Positions 53,958-63,618 of a stretch of DNA of 64,000 bases are shown piece by piece. A program made the position numbers and the translations under genes. Every line of letters begins with the position of its first letter. The first letter of the stretch is position 1. Origin of the DNA: Candidatus Bathyarchaeota archaeon (GTDB lineage Archaea > Thermoproteota > Bathyarchaeia > Bathyarchaeales > Bathycorpusculaceae); the NCBI GenBank assembly GCA_963768425.1, contig CAVYHV010000028.1, forward strand, positions 38,911 through 102,910, given 5' to 3'. The notes below the pieces were generated by a model. It saw nothing but the letters and a program-made list of their open reading frames with translations. It was not told where the DNA came from and searched no databases.

Positions 53958-54431
53958 TTACCCGAAGATTATTTGAACTTGCGCGTTATTTGCGCCACCA
54001 ACAACTACGACTCCGCGTCGATTCGACAAGGCATTGATGATTGCTGCGAGACCTGAAGCTGTGATTACTCCTGTGGTTGTGTTCGCTGTGATTGTTGCGC
54101 CAAGAGCTGCATCAGTAGTAGCTGCCAAAGCGGCTATGCCGCCGTTAGCTGAAACGACTACTGCGCCTGCTGATAATGTGCCGCCTGAAGTGTTCTTGCA
54201 GCGTATCCTGTGACCGAAGACATAGACGTTAAGCAGTTGATTGCCAAAAGTGTCTACGGGAGGCACTGACTGGACAAAGCCGACGAACGCTGCGTTAGCG
54301 CCTGCGCATAAGCTGACTGCGTTATTGCTTGAGACGTAGACTGGGTCGCCTACTGCGGGAGATGTGTAGCCTGAATCTGCTAGGAAAGTCTGCTCTAAAT
54401 CTGGAATTACTTTAGGTCCTGACACCGTCAA
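53958..54431 (-). CDS. Capsid decoration/cement-like protein
   Basis: Ala/Gly-rich, VGDPVYVS...FVG; between scaffold and MCP. Confidence 0.55.
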   Translation of the reverse strand: MTVSGPKVIPDLEQTFLADSGYTSPAVGDPVYVSSNNAVSLCAGANAAFVGFVQSVPPVDTFGNQLLNVYVFGHRIRCKNTSGGTLSAGAVVVSANGGIAALAATTDAALGATITANTTTGVITASGLAAIINALSNRRGVVVVGGANNAQVQIIFG

Positions 54432-55521
54432 AACTCAACTTTATTCTGCCCTCCTCAGGGTCTGTATGCGTTATATCCGCGGTTAAGCTGCCCATGCGTT
54501 TCGCAGCAGCAGCTAATTCGAGCCCAGCTTTCTTCAAACTGCCCTTCGATGCAAACATGTTGTTTAGTCGTTGAGCGTCATCGATTCCTGGCGCCCTACG
54601 CCTGCACCAGCCGGGTCCCGACATGCCTTTCCCGTTTGGTCGAGGCTTAGGAACTGCGGCTTCAACTGCTGCTTTGACAGTTGTTTCTATCTTAGCCTCT
54701 AGTTTTTTTTCATTTTCCGCAATGGCTGCTTTGCAGGCATCCATGATCTGCGTTGTATTCTTTGTTAATTCGTCTTCTAGCTGTTGATAGGTCAATTCCG
54801 TGCCAGCTTTCGGTTTTTCACCTGGAGCTGTCGGAGCGATTGGTGGCTGATTTTCACTTGAACTCATTTTATTTTTTTCTCCTTTTATTTTGTTAAGCCC
54901 GTGTAAGTCAGGCTGTAACTTTGCTTTCAGATCTTTTAGGCCACAAGGGCACCGCGACTTATCCGCACACTCACAGACAGAGGCAACAAGCCCTTGGCGC
55001 TGCGATTCATCCATAGCAGCCGCAAAACCCTTCAAATGAAAATTGTTATTTTCGTAAGCCCCCTCAGCAACAATACTGAGTTCTACGCAGCGCGGTTGAT
55101 GCACGATCTCCCAGGCGCCGGCGCAGAGGTGAATCATCACCATGTTGGCGTCTCGGGTTTTACCCTGGCATAAGCTGCAGACAATGTTATCTGAGACGAC
55201 TTTGGGGCTAACCATATGGAGATATTTCTTTTCAATCTGGGTCAATAAGTACGGGATCGCCAGAGACTTCAGCCTCAAAAAAAACTTGTTCCCTACACGC
55301 TTAGTTTTCGAAACTACGCCCTTTGACGTCTTCCACGTGATCCCCGTGATTAATCCTGAGCTGAGCTTTTGCGAGTGAAGAACAAAAATAGTCTAAATCT
55401 TGCTCTGGGACCTGCCAACGGTTTTTGTTAACTGAAGAATCAATTGCTTGCCCCTCGATAATGCCAGTTTTCCTTAGATCATCTAGGCTGGCTTTTACAT
55501 CAACATCATAGAGCAATTCCA
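54412..55521 (-). CDS. Prohead maturation protease fused to scaffold (frameshifted)
   Basis: IEGQAID...NKN, RINH, VSP, ELSIV.EGAY; coiled-coil C-terminus. Confidence 0.75.
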
Positions 55522-55671
55522 AGCTTATTCTACACCCGTTTTTCTCTAACTTTTTTGATAATTTGATCTTGACAAAATATGGAAACAAAATGTTTTTACT
55601 GAACAGCAGCTTTTGAGTTAGTGGTAATATTTTTGGACCGTAAAGAAGCAGTTTTAGTTGAAGGTTAAACC

Positions 55672-56106
55672 ATGATCTCAAAGATTTCCAAAGGAACAGG
55701 AACAAAATTCTCCAGAGTTGCCCTCATACTTGCTATAGTGATGATTGTGAACGTCGTGATAATCATCCTTTTGACTCCAATCGGCTTTGAGACCCGCCCG
55801 ACATCCGCCTTGAAGACGCTCGGCTACATTGCGATTACTACTATTTTTGTCGGTCTCGCACTGGACTTGACGTCAATTGTCCTTCTGTTCAAGAGAATCA
55901 GAGTTAGATTAGCTTCAAGTCTTGTGATCATTAGCTCGGTCGCCTTCCTCTTGGTCGTTTTGGTAGATCGAACCGGGTCCTTCTTCTCGGTACCAACCCC
56001 TCCTGCAATTAACCACCTCGAATACATCTTCGCTCCCGTATTGATCGTGACTCTCATTATAGCGTCATTGGTCTACAGAGAGAGTAAGCCAACTTCAAGC
56101 AATTGA
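55672..56106 (+). CDS. Four-TM membrane protein inserted antisense within the viral module
   Basis: Hydrophobic ORF with GFETRP motif. Confidence 0.7.
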   Translation: MISKISKGTGTKFSRVALILAIVMIVNVVIIILLTPIGFETRPTSALKTLGYIAITTIFVGLALDLTSIVLLFKRIRVRLASSLVIISSVAFLLVVLVDRTGSFFSVPTPPAINHLEYIFAPVLIVTLIIASLVYRESKPTSSN

Positions 56107-56189
56107 CTTTGGTCGAACTCCAGACACAGAATCCGCAACAAGCTTTCGACAATTGCTGCATTATTTCCAGCTTTCACACTCATACAACT

Positions 56190-56487
56190 TCAAGCATTTT
56201 GAAAATCTGACTGCTTAACACAGTAACATGCGCAGTTCGGGTGTACATTGCAGGCGAAGGTATCATCCGCGACAAATTCACCGTAGGGGAAAGATATCCC
56301 GTAAATCATCAGGGTCTTCCAGCTCATATTCGTCGCCGTCGTAATCTTCGCATTTTTGGCAGGTGTTAGGGTTCTTGGAGTTGTAGAAGCGCCAGGTAGA
56401 GAATTTCATGTTAGGGTTAACAACTGCAGCTTCCAAAGCTCTTACAGCACGAACCGCGTTAACGGCTTCAAGGCAGAGCTCGCACAA
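56190..56487 (-). CDS. SPP1 gp7/MuF-like minor head protein, C-terminal domain only (frameshifted)
   Basis: TCQKC..YDG...HPNCAC motif after frame correction. Confidence 0.7.
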
Positions 56488-57912
56488 GATATGACGCCCC
56501 GTTTCCGTCTTTGACTAATTTCGTGGGAAACCCACCAGGCGCTTTCTTGGGAGCTCCAGGTGTCTCAAACTGCCGCCCTTCAGGCATCATTGGCGCCGGA
56601 GCGGGCACAGACTTCAAAACTCCATCGATCTTTTCGGGTAAGCCTAATTCGCCACGAGCCTCTTTATCGCCCATCAACATGTTATTGTATAGGTCAATTA
56701 CGCGGCTCATCTTGACGTCTGTGGGCGGCTCCCAAATCGGCTTCCATTTTATCTTCGGGATCTTATCCGGTATGATCAAGGCTTCAGGGAATTCGCCGCG
56801 TAAGATTAATGGGAAAAGCTGCATTTCATAGACGCCGCTGCGGTGTTTCTGACGCATACGAAGCCTTGTTATGAACTCCTGCATTACGATGTCTGCCGTG
56901 GCACGATTTGCGCCTTCAACATCCCCGAGAAAAATCTTAGGTATGCCAAGTTGGCTGTCACGTTGCCTCTCAAGGTATTCGATCCACCATTCTGCCTTCA
57001 GGTCCTTGGTTAAGGAAGACATTGGCGTGACCTCGACGTCGCCTCTTACTGTCAGATCCGTGCCTTGATCACGCGAAGCCAATGTATTAGACATAACATC
57101 TAGTTGTGGGTCGCTCCATGGCTCAGGCATCCCGGGTGCACCGTTCCCACCGCATTTAGCGATGAGCATTGGTTTGGTGTAAACTTTCATGATTTTAGCC
57201 ATGTCAACTTGGAAGTCATCAATTAACGCTTGAATATGCAATATGCTACGCAGGGAAGAGGTCCCGTAGGCATTCTCAAAGAACCAGCTGGAAACGTTAT
57301 TGAGTGTTCGATAGATTTCTTCAGGGTCAAAAACTACAGGCGGGTAGACTCTGCAGCTGAGCATAGCCGAAAATGTTTTTGTAGCAGTCTTGGCGAATCC
57401 GCATATATTCAGGGTCAAGGGTTTTTAGCCACAGTACCTTGGCTCCATATTCATCCATCACTGGCTCAGTATAACTGGTGCCGAAAACCTGCGCGTCTTT
57501 CTCTTCGCTTCGCATTGTATCCAAGCATATCATGGGATTCAAGCCATTCTTCTAAGAAATCGCGGAAGGTGTTTGTGCCGCCTTCCAAAGTGAACCCGTT
57601 TGAAATCTCCAAGTTAACTTTGACGTCAACTGAAGCCTGGATACGCGGGACAAAAGAGTATAATGCCTTGAACTTCGGCAGGTCTTCAACGGGTGTGACT
57701 CCCCAGATGCGATCCCAAAGTGACGTGTATGGGCTGCTGACAAAGCCGATCCCTGAAGCTGCCAAGTTGTAATTGTTGACGTACTGCATTAAGTTCCAGT
57801 CGCCACGCCAAGCAACAGGGACCTCTGTTTCACGCTGCGAAACTGCTACTGCATTTGGCACGTTGCGTAGCGGGTTAGGCATCGTCAATGAGAGATCTTT
57901 TCTAAGAGGCAT
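56468..57912 (-). CDS. Portal protein (frameshifted near 57420-57500)
   Basis: YGTSSL, LGIPKIFLG..EGANRATA, EARGELGLP; follows TerL. Confidence 0.85.
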
Positions 57913-57920
57913 TTAGGCAC

Positions 57921-58112
57921 CTATTTCTTTTCTTCAACTTTAGGCGTCTCAACTTCAGCGGATATCTCAACTTCATCAACTACGATATCTCGCATCAAGT
58001 CCACGCCGTTAATTTTAAAACGTAATTTACCCATGCGAACGTTCGCAACTTCCAAGCCGAGAACCTTAATGACTTCATCTTTAGCATTGGCAGAAAGCAA
58101 AACTTTATCCAA
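57921..58112 (-). CDS. Hypothetical viral protein (63 aa)
   Basis: Fills the gap between TerL and portal. Confidence 0.55.
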   Translation of the reverse strand: MDKVLLSANAKDEVIKVLGLEVANVRMGKLRFKINGVDLMRDIVVDEVEISAEVETPKVEEKK

Positions 58113-58114
58113 AC

Positions 58115-59611
58115 TTAATCATCCTCGTTTAACGTTGGTTTTTTCTTAACTACGGCTACGCCTTTTCCTTCAGGCATTGACGTTACTCCAAGTAGATTTC
58201 GAGCCATGACTTCAACGCAGTCTAAAGCGTCGTCATGTGCACTTCTTGGGAACTGGACCCATTGCTGAAAGAATTCGCTTTGGCTATACATCCAGGCGGG
58301 ATTGATGGTCATGCGTTTAGATTCAAAATGGCTGCTGAGTGGGATTAATCGTTCTTCTTTGCCTTTTGAGGTTACTGTGGGAACAATCGGCAGGCCTTGC
58401 AGCTGGGGCATGTACATGATGACTTTTTGGAAAGCGTTTGATTCAACGTAAATTTTGCTGTAGTTGTGGATCCCGTGAAGTTGCAGAATTAACTGCATAG
58501 CTGCAGGATACGGCAAGAGCTTAGCATAAACGTCATAAAGATATGCTCGATTTAGGACCCGATCATAACTTGCGGTGCTGATGGCAAATAAGTCGCCTTC
58601 GCCGAGAGCTGGATCAATCCCCGCGTATTTTGGCAGGTTAGGTGAAGGCACAAAGTTATTCTCTGTTTCATTCCAGGGATGCAGCCATTCAGCCTTAAGC
58701 AAATCGCCAGTCATGCTTGTTGGGTCATTTTGGTATTGGCTGTTAAAGTAAACTGTGCCGATATCGGCTTTTTTCTGCATTAACCGTTCATAAGGCCACA
58801 CTTCAGGCCAAAGAACCTGAGGCGCCTCGCCCTTCTCAACGTTCTCATAATTCTGGATCGCACGGTAAATCCTATAAGGCCAGCCTTTGCCGCCTTTCTC
58901 CGGAGGCGAAATCAAATCATTATAAAGATCGGCATAATGCCACCGGGTCCCAATCACCAAAGTTGCGCCATGGGAAAACAGGGTTGTCAACAGGAGTTTA
59001 AAGAACCATCGACTAGCCTTCTCAAGCTGATTAGGAGTGTTAACGTTCTCCTCATCAATTATGTCGTCAGCGATTATCACATCGAAGCCGCGGCCAGTTA
59101 ACGAACCGCCCAAACCGCAACCATACAAGGTAGCAAACTTACTGATGACCTTGCGATTAACAAAAAATTCGCTGTCAGTCCATTTTTGAGGGTTCTTAGG
59201 TTTTAAATCGCCAAAAACACTGATAAATCGCGGATCATTTTCGATTCGATTTCTTATCGCAGCGACAGTTTGCTCAGCCAAAGGAGCGGTTTTGCTGACA
59301 ATCCCAATTCTTATTTCAGGATAATTCCCAATTAACCAACTGGGATAATTAATAGAAACGCACTCACTTTTCGCGTGCTTTCGTGGAGCCTCAAGATGAA
59401 ACTGTTTTAGCGCCTTCGTATGCCAAGGCAAAGGGCTAAAATGGGCGGGATCATTGGCCGGCTGAAGCAGATTATACCATTCATCTTGAAACCAAGCAGT
59501 GTCGACGTAACCCATATACCGCGCAAAATACTGCAGACTACTTCGGGCCAGCTGCTGTCTCTTCTCTTGTGAGAGCCTCTTCAGCTCGTAAAAGGGCATT
59601 TCTCTCATCAT
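58115..59611 (-). CDS. terL: Terminase large subunit
   Basis: APRKHAKS Walker A, LTGRGFDVIIADD Walker B, GTRWH, GIDPA and HDDALD nuclease motifs; intact ORF. Confidence 0.95.
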   Translation of the reverse strand: MMREMPFYELKRLSQEKRQQLARSSLQYFARYMGYVDTAWFQDEWYNLLQPANDPAHFSPLPWHTKALKQFHLEAPRKHAKSECVSINYPSWLIGNYPEIRIGIVSKTAPLAEQTVAAIRNRIENDPRFISVFGDLKPKNPQKWTDSEFFVNRKVISKFATLYGCGLGGSLTGRGFDVIIADDIIDEENVNTPNQLEKASRWFFKLLLTTLFSHGATLVIGTRWHYADLYNDLISPPEKGGKGWPYRIYRAIQNYENVEKGEAPQVLWPEVWPYERLMQKKADIGTVYFNSQYQNDPTSMTGDLLKAEWLHPWNETENNFVPSPNLPKYAGIDPALGEGDLFAISTASYDRVLNRAYLYDVYAKLLPYPAAMQLILQLHGIHNYSKIYVESNAFQKVIMYMPQLQGLPIVPTVTSKGKEERLIPLSSHFESKRMTINPAWMYSQSEFFQQWVQFPRSAHDDALDCVEVMARNLLGVTSMPEGKGVAVVKKKPTLNEDD

Positions 59612-60000
59612 CCGAAAACTTACTCAAATCAACCATTACTTCAGTTCCTTCAACCTTCACTTGTTGAGCAATATTCACATGTACCTCAGGATTTTTCCTT
59701 GGAGTAAGTTGCTCAATCTGACGGTAACGATACTCAAGCCTGACTTTGCGGTCCTCTTCCAATGCGATATCAGCGTCCTGCTGACGCTTAAGCTCCTCAA
59801 GCTCTTCCTCAGCAGTAATGCTCTGCAGGTCACGTTTGATAGTGGCTTCACTCCAGGTTACGCCTGTTTCGTCAGCAATCCTTCGCTGAATATCCAAAAT
59901 CTTGTAACCAAGCTTTCTCAACTCGATAACTCGGCGCCGACGAGCAGCTACCTTAAGCTCAAAAGTTGATCCGTGACCAGGTTTTGTCTTCTTTTTCAGC
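59538..60000 (-). CDS. Terminase small subunit-like HTH protein
   Basis: RRRRVIELRKLGY....IQRRI......SEATIKRDL; overlaps the TerL start. Confidence 0.7.
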
Positions 60001-60178
60001 GCATTTCAGCTCATTTTCCAACTTCACAATGATAGCAAGCGACCTTTCCCTACGCAGTCGCTGAGCTTCAAGATCTAGAAAAGGCAAAGCTGGAAGAGAC
60101 GTCATTTCTCAGGTTCCTTCACTTGTTTATCTTTGCTCTTATCGCAAGGCTCTTCACAATCACTGCAACGCTTAGGCA

Positions 60179-60526
60179 TTAAAACCCCTTCAGAAGCCAA
60201 TACTCTAAAAGCCCAGTTAATGCGACGCCAACGACCAGGGCGCCAAATGCTTTAAGGTTGCTAACCCAACTCTTTTGGATAGCCTCATCAGTCCGTTCTT
60301 GCTGTTGACATTTGTAGAGCTCACTAATTTTATCAAAAAGAGTCCGGATAACGCCGCTGTTCAATCCTGTTAGATCCTCGCCAAGCAGCGATTCCAACGC
60401 CTTGTTAATTTGAACAATTACCTGGCGGCTTTCAGCATTCGCCTGAGTGTTTAGGTTAATCTGCGTGATGTAGGGACAATGAGGATTCTTGCAGGCATCA
60501 CCGCACAATTCCTTGTCATAAGCCAT
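60179..60526 (-). CDS. Hypothetical coiled-coil protein with C-terminal TM (holin-like architecture)
   Basis: Single C-terminal TM; function inferred from architecture only. Confidence 0.5.
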   Translation of the reverse strand: MAYDKELCGDACKNPHCPYITQINLNTQANAESRQVIVQINKALESLLGEDLTGLNSGVIRTLFDKISELYKCQQQERTDEAIQKSWVSNLKAFGALVVGVALTGLLEYWLLKGF

Positions 60527-60786
60527 TAAGAAGCATCCTCAATAAGCAGCTTAATCGTAGTGGGTGACTCACCAAGCGGGGAAGTCAAAACCTCACCGTA
60601 CTCAGCTAAATGCTGCGTAAAACCCAGCCTATCCTTCAACTGAGCCATAACTTCCTCCTCGTTTTCTGGCGTGTAAACCGTCTCTGACAAGAGCCGATCT
60701 TTGAAACTGTACGTTAACAGAATGTTCCTGATCTGTCGTCTCTCTTGCTTGCGAAGTTTAGACTCAAGACTACTGCGTTTACCCAT
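60526..60786 (-). CDS. Hypothetical viral protein (86 aa)
   Basis: GAGGTG SD; coupled to the next ORF. Confidence 0.55.
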   Translation of the reverse strand: MGKRSSLESKLRKQERRQIRNILLTYSFKDRLLSETVYTPENEEEVMAQLKDRLGFTQHLAEYGEVLTSPLGESPTTIKLLIEDAS

Positions 60787-60916
60787 CCAAGAAACACCTC
60801 TCCATTATTGGTTACAGCTGTACACTCCACTTTCCTTTTGGGCCCTGTGAAGCTGGATAAGGGGGGCTGCAACCATTAACTTAGCGAGTTAGCCTGCAAA
60901 ATACCTCACGAACAAG

Positions 60917-61051
60917 CTATTTAAGCTCTAACGGTTGCTTCGTTGTCTTCTTAAGTGTGTGCACAAGTTTTCCCCAGCATTTACGGCAATATCCACTCTT
61001 ATTTGAATGAGAAAGTTTGTTATTGCAGCCCTTGCCCTTGCATCTAGGCAT
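60917..61051 (-). CDS. 44-aa zinc-finger-like protein (MPRCKGKGCNN...GYCRKC)
   Basis: Read manually; GGAGG SD; Cx4C...CxxC. Confidence 0.55.
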   Translation of the reverse strand: MPRCKGKGCNNKLSHSNKSGYCRKCWGKLVHTLKKTTKQPLELK

Positions 61052-61540
61052 TGACTGCGCCTCCAAATTTACTCTTGGGAATGTACTGCAGAGTGACGGT
61101 TAATCGGTTTTTGCTGTTTGATGATCGAATTTCCCGATTTATTCGGCTGTCGGTTCTTCCGCCGCTAATATGACCGACACGCTTAACCTTCCAATTGGAA
61201 AGATTGCCGTGAACAAGCTGCGGGTTAGTTGTCAAAAGGTAGAATGGCAAGTTAATTTGGCTCGTGTAAAGTTCAGCTATGAAGTTAAGAAGGCGCTTCC
61301 CAATCCCCACACCCTGATAATCAGGCAGGACCACTAAACGCGAAACACGATAATAATTGCTTTTCATGCGTATATGAGCAACTGCGATAAAGGCAACAGG
61401 CTTCTCGCCGTACTTTGCAACATAACAGCGCACTCCAGCACCAAGCCGCTTAGTGTTCAGATAGTGATGCTCCCTAAACACCTGCCACATGGATAAACCG
61501 CATTTATGCACTGATAAATTGATTGTTGGGTGACATCGTT
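61044..61540 (-). CDS. GNAT acetyltransferase domain (-1 frame continuation of the ATPase)
   Basis: W..F..HHYL, RVSRLVVLPDYQGVGIG. Confidence 0.85.
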
Positions 61541-62163
61541 TTTTTTTACCGTTGTGTAATCGGTGAATTCTCCGGTATCCGTGTTGTAGATCCAGTCAGG
61601 TTCCAGCCAGTCTAAAACGTCAAAGTGGCATGTTACAGCGATAAACTGTTTTTCAGGTTGATGCCTAACCGCACGACTAATCGCGTAAGACCCGACCTGG
61701 GCAACTGTTCGGTCAACGACACTTGTGAACTCATCAAATACCACGAGCTGTTGAGGCAGACAGAGTGCATGTGCAATGTCAACTCGCATTTTTTGCCCTT
61801 GGCTAAGGTAACTATAAGCTTTCAGCCAGCTGGGCGGTTCACTGAAACCACTGCTACATAATGCGGCGCCGATAGCGCTAGGTGTGAGGGCAGCTGGAAA
61901 ATCGTTAAGGAAACAGGGTTCTTTGTAGCGTTCTTTGAGGTCTGCATAATAAGCCTCTGGCCAGCAGTGTTTTGCGATGCTTGTTTTGCCGCTGCCGCTG
62001 CTGCCGACAAGAACCCCGATTTGCCACTTTAAACCTTCAATCGGAATGTTACCTTTAATGCGCTTTTCCAATTTGACTTCTTTTAAATCGTAGGTGCCGA
62101 TACTGCTTGTTCGCGGTAAGTGTTGCCTGCGTGCCAAGTGTAAGTAAAATCCCAACTAGGCAA
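61457..62163 (-). CDS. Soluble ABC-type ATPase of the viral ABC-GNAT type
   Basis: GSSGSGKT, LSQGQKMR, VFDEFTSVVDR, VTCH.D...WL.PDW. Confidence 0.88.
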
Positions 62164-62193
62164 AAGTTAGCATCTCCAAGTTTTTGTCTTCAA

Positions 62194-62760
62194 TCATAAG
62201 TTAAGCACCCTTACTTTCCAGCCTTTAGCGGCAAGTTCCTCAAACTTTGCCTTCTGCTCAGCCTCATCTTTACAATCGATAACGAGCTCATAGTTTTCTG
62301 GGATCATGTTTGAACCCTCACGCGGACCGCCTAGTTCCTCTGGGAGCTTCTCGCCAACGGCAGCCAGCAAGGCTTTCAAATCATCCTTCTCGCCAGCCTC
62401 GATAATTCGTATGTACTCGGCGCTGTCGAGCTCCCTGCTATGCTTGCCTTTGAGTTTGTTTAGAATTTGCCGAAGCATTCTTCGGTCAACATCAGAGACT
62501 GGCAGCCGCAACACTGGAGCAAAAAACTCATTGTGGGCCTTGCATACCTGTGCTCGCTGCTCGCCATCAGCAAAAACGCCATCCTTATTCGTTATGATCG
62601 GGTACGTCCAACCGTATTTCTGAAGACTTTGCCAAATTTGCTCTTGCTGCTTCAATGTCATCTTGTTCGGATTCTGCTCATCCGACTTCAATAGGCGAAT
62701 ATCTGCAACCAGAGGCAAATAAGCCTCCGGAACCTGAATTGTTGTCTTTTTCTCAGTCAA
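62194..62760 (-). CDS. ParB/Srx N-terminal-domain protein
   Basis: NPNKM......SL.KYGW..PII......DGEQR. Confidence 0.8.
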   Translation of the reverse strand: MTEKKTTIQVPEAYLPLVADIRLLKSDEQNPNKMTLKQQEQIWQSLQKYGWTYPIITNKDGVFADGEQRAQVCKAHNEFFAPVLRLPVSDVDRRMLRQILNKLKGKHSRELDSAEYIRIIEAGEKDDLKALLAAVGEKLPEELGGPREGSNMIPENYELVIDCKDEAEQKAKFEELAAKGWKVRVLNL

Positions 62761-62802
62761 GCTGGCATCAAATTTAAAATTTGACTTTGGAGAGAAAAAG
62801 GC

Positions 62803-62841
62803 TGTTGTTAGGTCTTAACAACAATTGTTAAATATTAACAA
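62803..62841. promoter_or_regulatory. Two tandem TTGTTA-N5-TAACAA inverted repeats (candidate operator)
   Basis: tgttgtta-ggtct-taacaaca and ttgtta-aatat-taacaa between the divergent parB and RHH genes. Confidence 0.75.
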
Positions 62842-62868
62842 CCTGAGAAATATTGAGAGAACCAGTAA

Positions 62869-63003
62869 ATGCACAAACACCCCGTTAGCATAGCCCTCTC
62901 AAACCGCATACTGCAAAAAATAGATCAAGAAGCCACACGTCAGAAAAGGTCAAGAAGTGAATACGTTGAGCTTCACTTCGAAGATGTTTTCGCTAATCAA
63001 TGA
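62869..63003 (+). CDS. CopG/ribbon-helix-helix regulator, 44 aa
   Basis: Read manually: MHKHPVSIALSNRILQKIDQEATRQKRSRSEYVE. Confidence 0.8.
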   Translation: MHKHPVSIALSNRILQKIDQEATRQKRSRSEYVELHFEDVFANQ

Positions 63004-63009
63004 ACTGGC

Positions 63010-63612
63010 TTACGTCAAAACGCTTTTCTTTTTCAATCTAAGATAAGCTGTTCCCGTCGCCGACGTCGCCACTATTGCAATGATCGCTATTATAACATAT
63101 TCAGTGGGCAAACCGTTGCCTAAGAAACCCGAATGAAGCGTTGGAATTAGAGGCGGATTATCCGTTGCAAGATAGGTGCTCGGCACTTGAATCCAAGTGC
63201 CGTTATAGTTTAGCCAAATATGGTACAAAATTGGAATTCCCGTTGGGGTATATTCCAAATTCGGCACATTGCCGCCATCAAAGCCGCCGTCGATGAAGCC
63301 GATTTGAGTGGAATTATTGACTGGAAAAGCTGGTCCTCCAACGGGTACTGTTCCTGAGCTTATTATTTGGTTTGCCGTTGGAAGATTTGGCCAGGAAGCT
63401 GCTATTTGACTGTTGCTCAAAGGAATAGTTTCCCATTGATAGGTGACGTGTGGTGGAAACAATGCGAAATACGCGATTGGTGCTATAAGCAGAGCCACAA
63501 TTTCTATAAACAAAACACCCGCTACCACTGGAGAAGATAGCCTTGTCGAGTTGTTTAGAATAGGTTTGGTGGGTTGTGGACACCATCTTCGAAGTTTTCT
63601 TAGAATGTTCAT
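63010..63612 (-). CDS. Two-TM membrane protein with N-terminal RRWCP motif
   Basis: TM, extracellular region, C-terminal TM plus KKK. Confidence 0.7.
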   Translation of the reverse strand: MNILRKLRRWCPQPTKPILNNSTRLSSPVVAGVLFIEIVALLIAPIAYFALFPPHVTYQWETIPLSNSQIAASWPNLPTANQIISSGTVPVGGPAFPVNNSTQIGFIDGGFDGGNVPNLEYTPTGIPILYHIWLNYNGTWIQVPSTYLATDNPPLIPTLHSGFLGNGLPTEYVIIAIIAIVATSATGTAYLRLKKKSVLT

Positions 63613-63618
63613 TCTTTT

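Larger units (their letters stand above)
50032..63003 (-). mobile_element. Head-tail (HK97-fold) virus-derived packaging/head module, apparently tail-less and integrase-less; boundaries approximate
   Basis: Syntenic TerS-TerL-portal-gp7-protease-decoration-MCP-adaptor-completion genes on the - strand. Confidence 0.85.

Noticed and set aside
52983-55521. Encapsulin nanocompartment interpretation of the HK97-fold gene
   Set aside because: Adjacent terminase, portal and maturation protease indicate a DNA-packaging viral head
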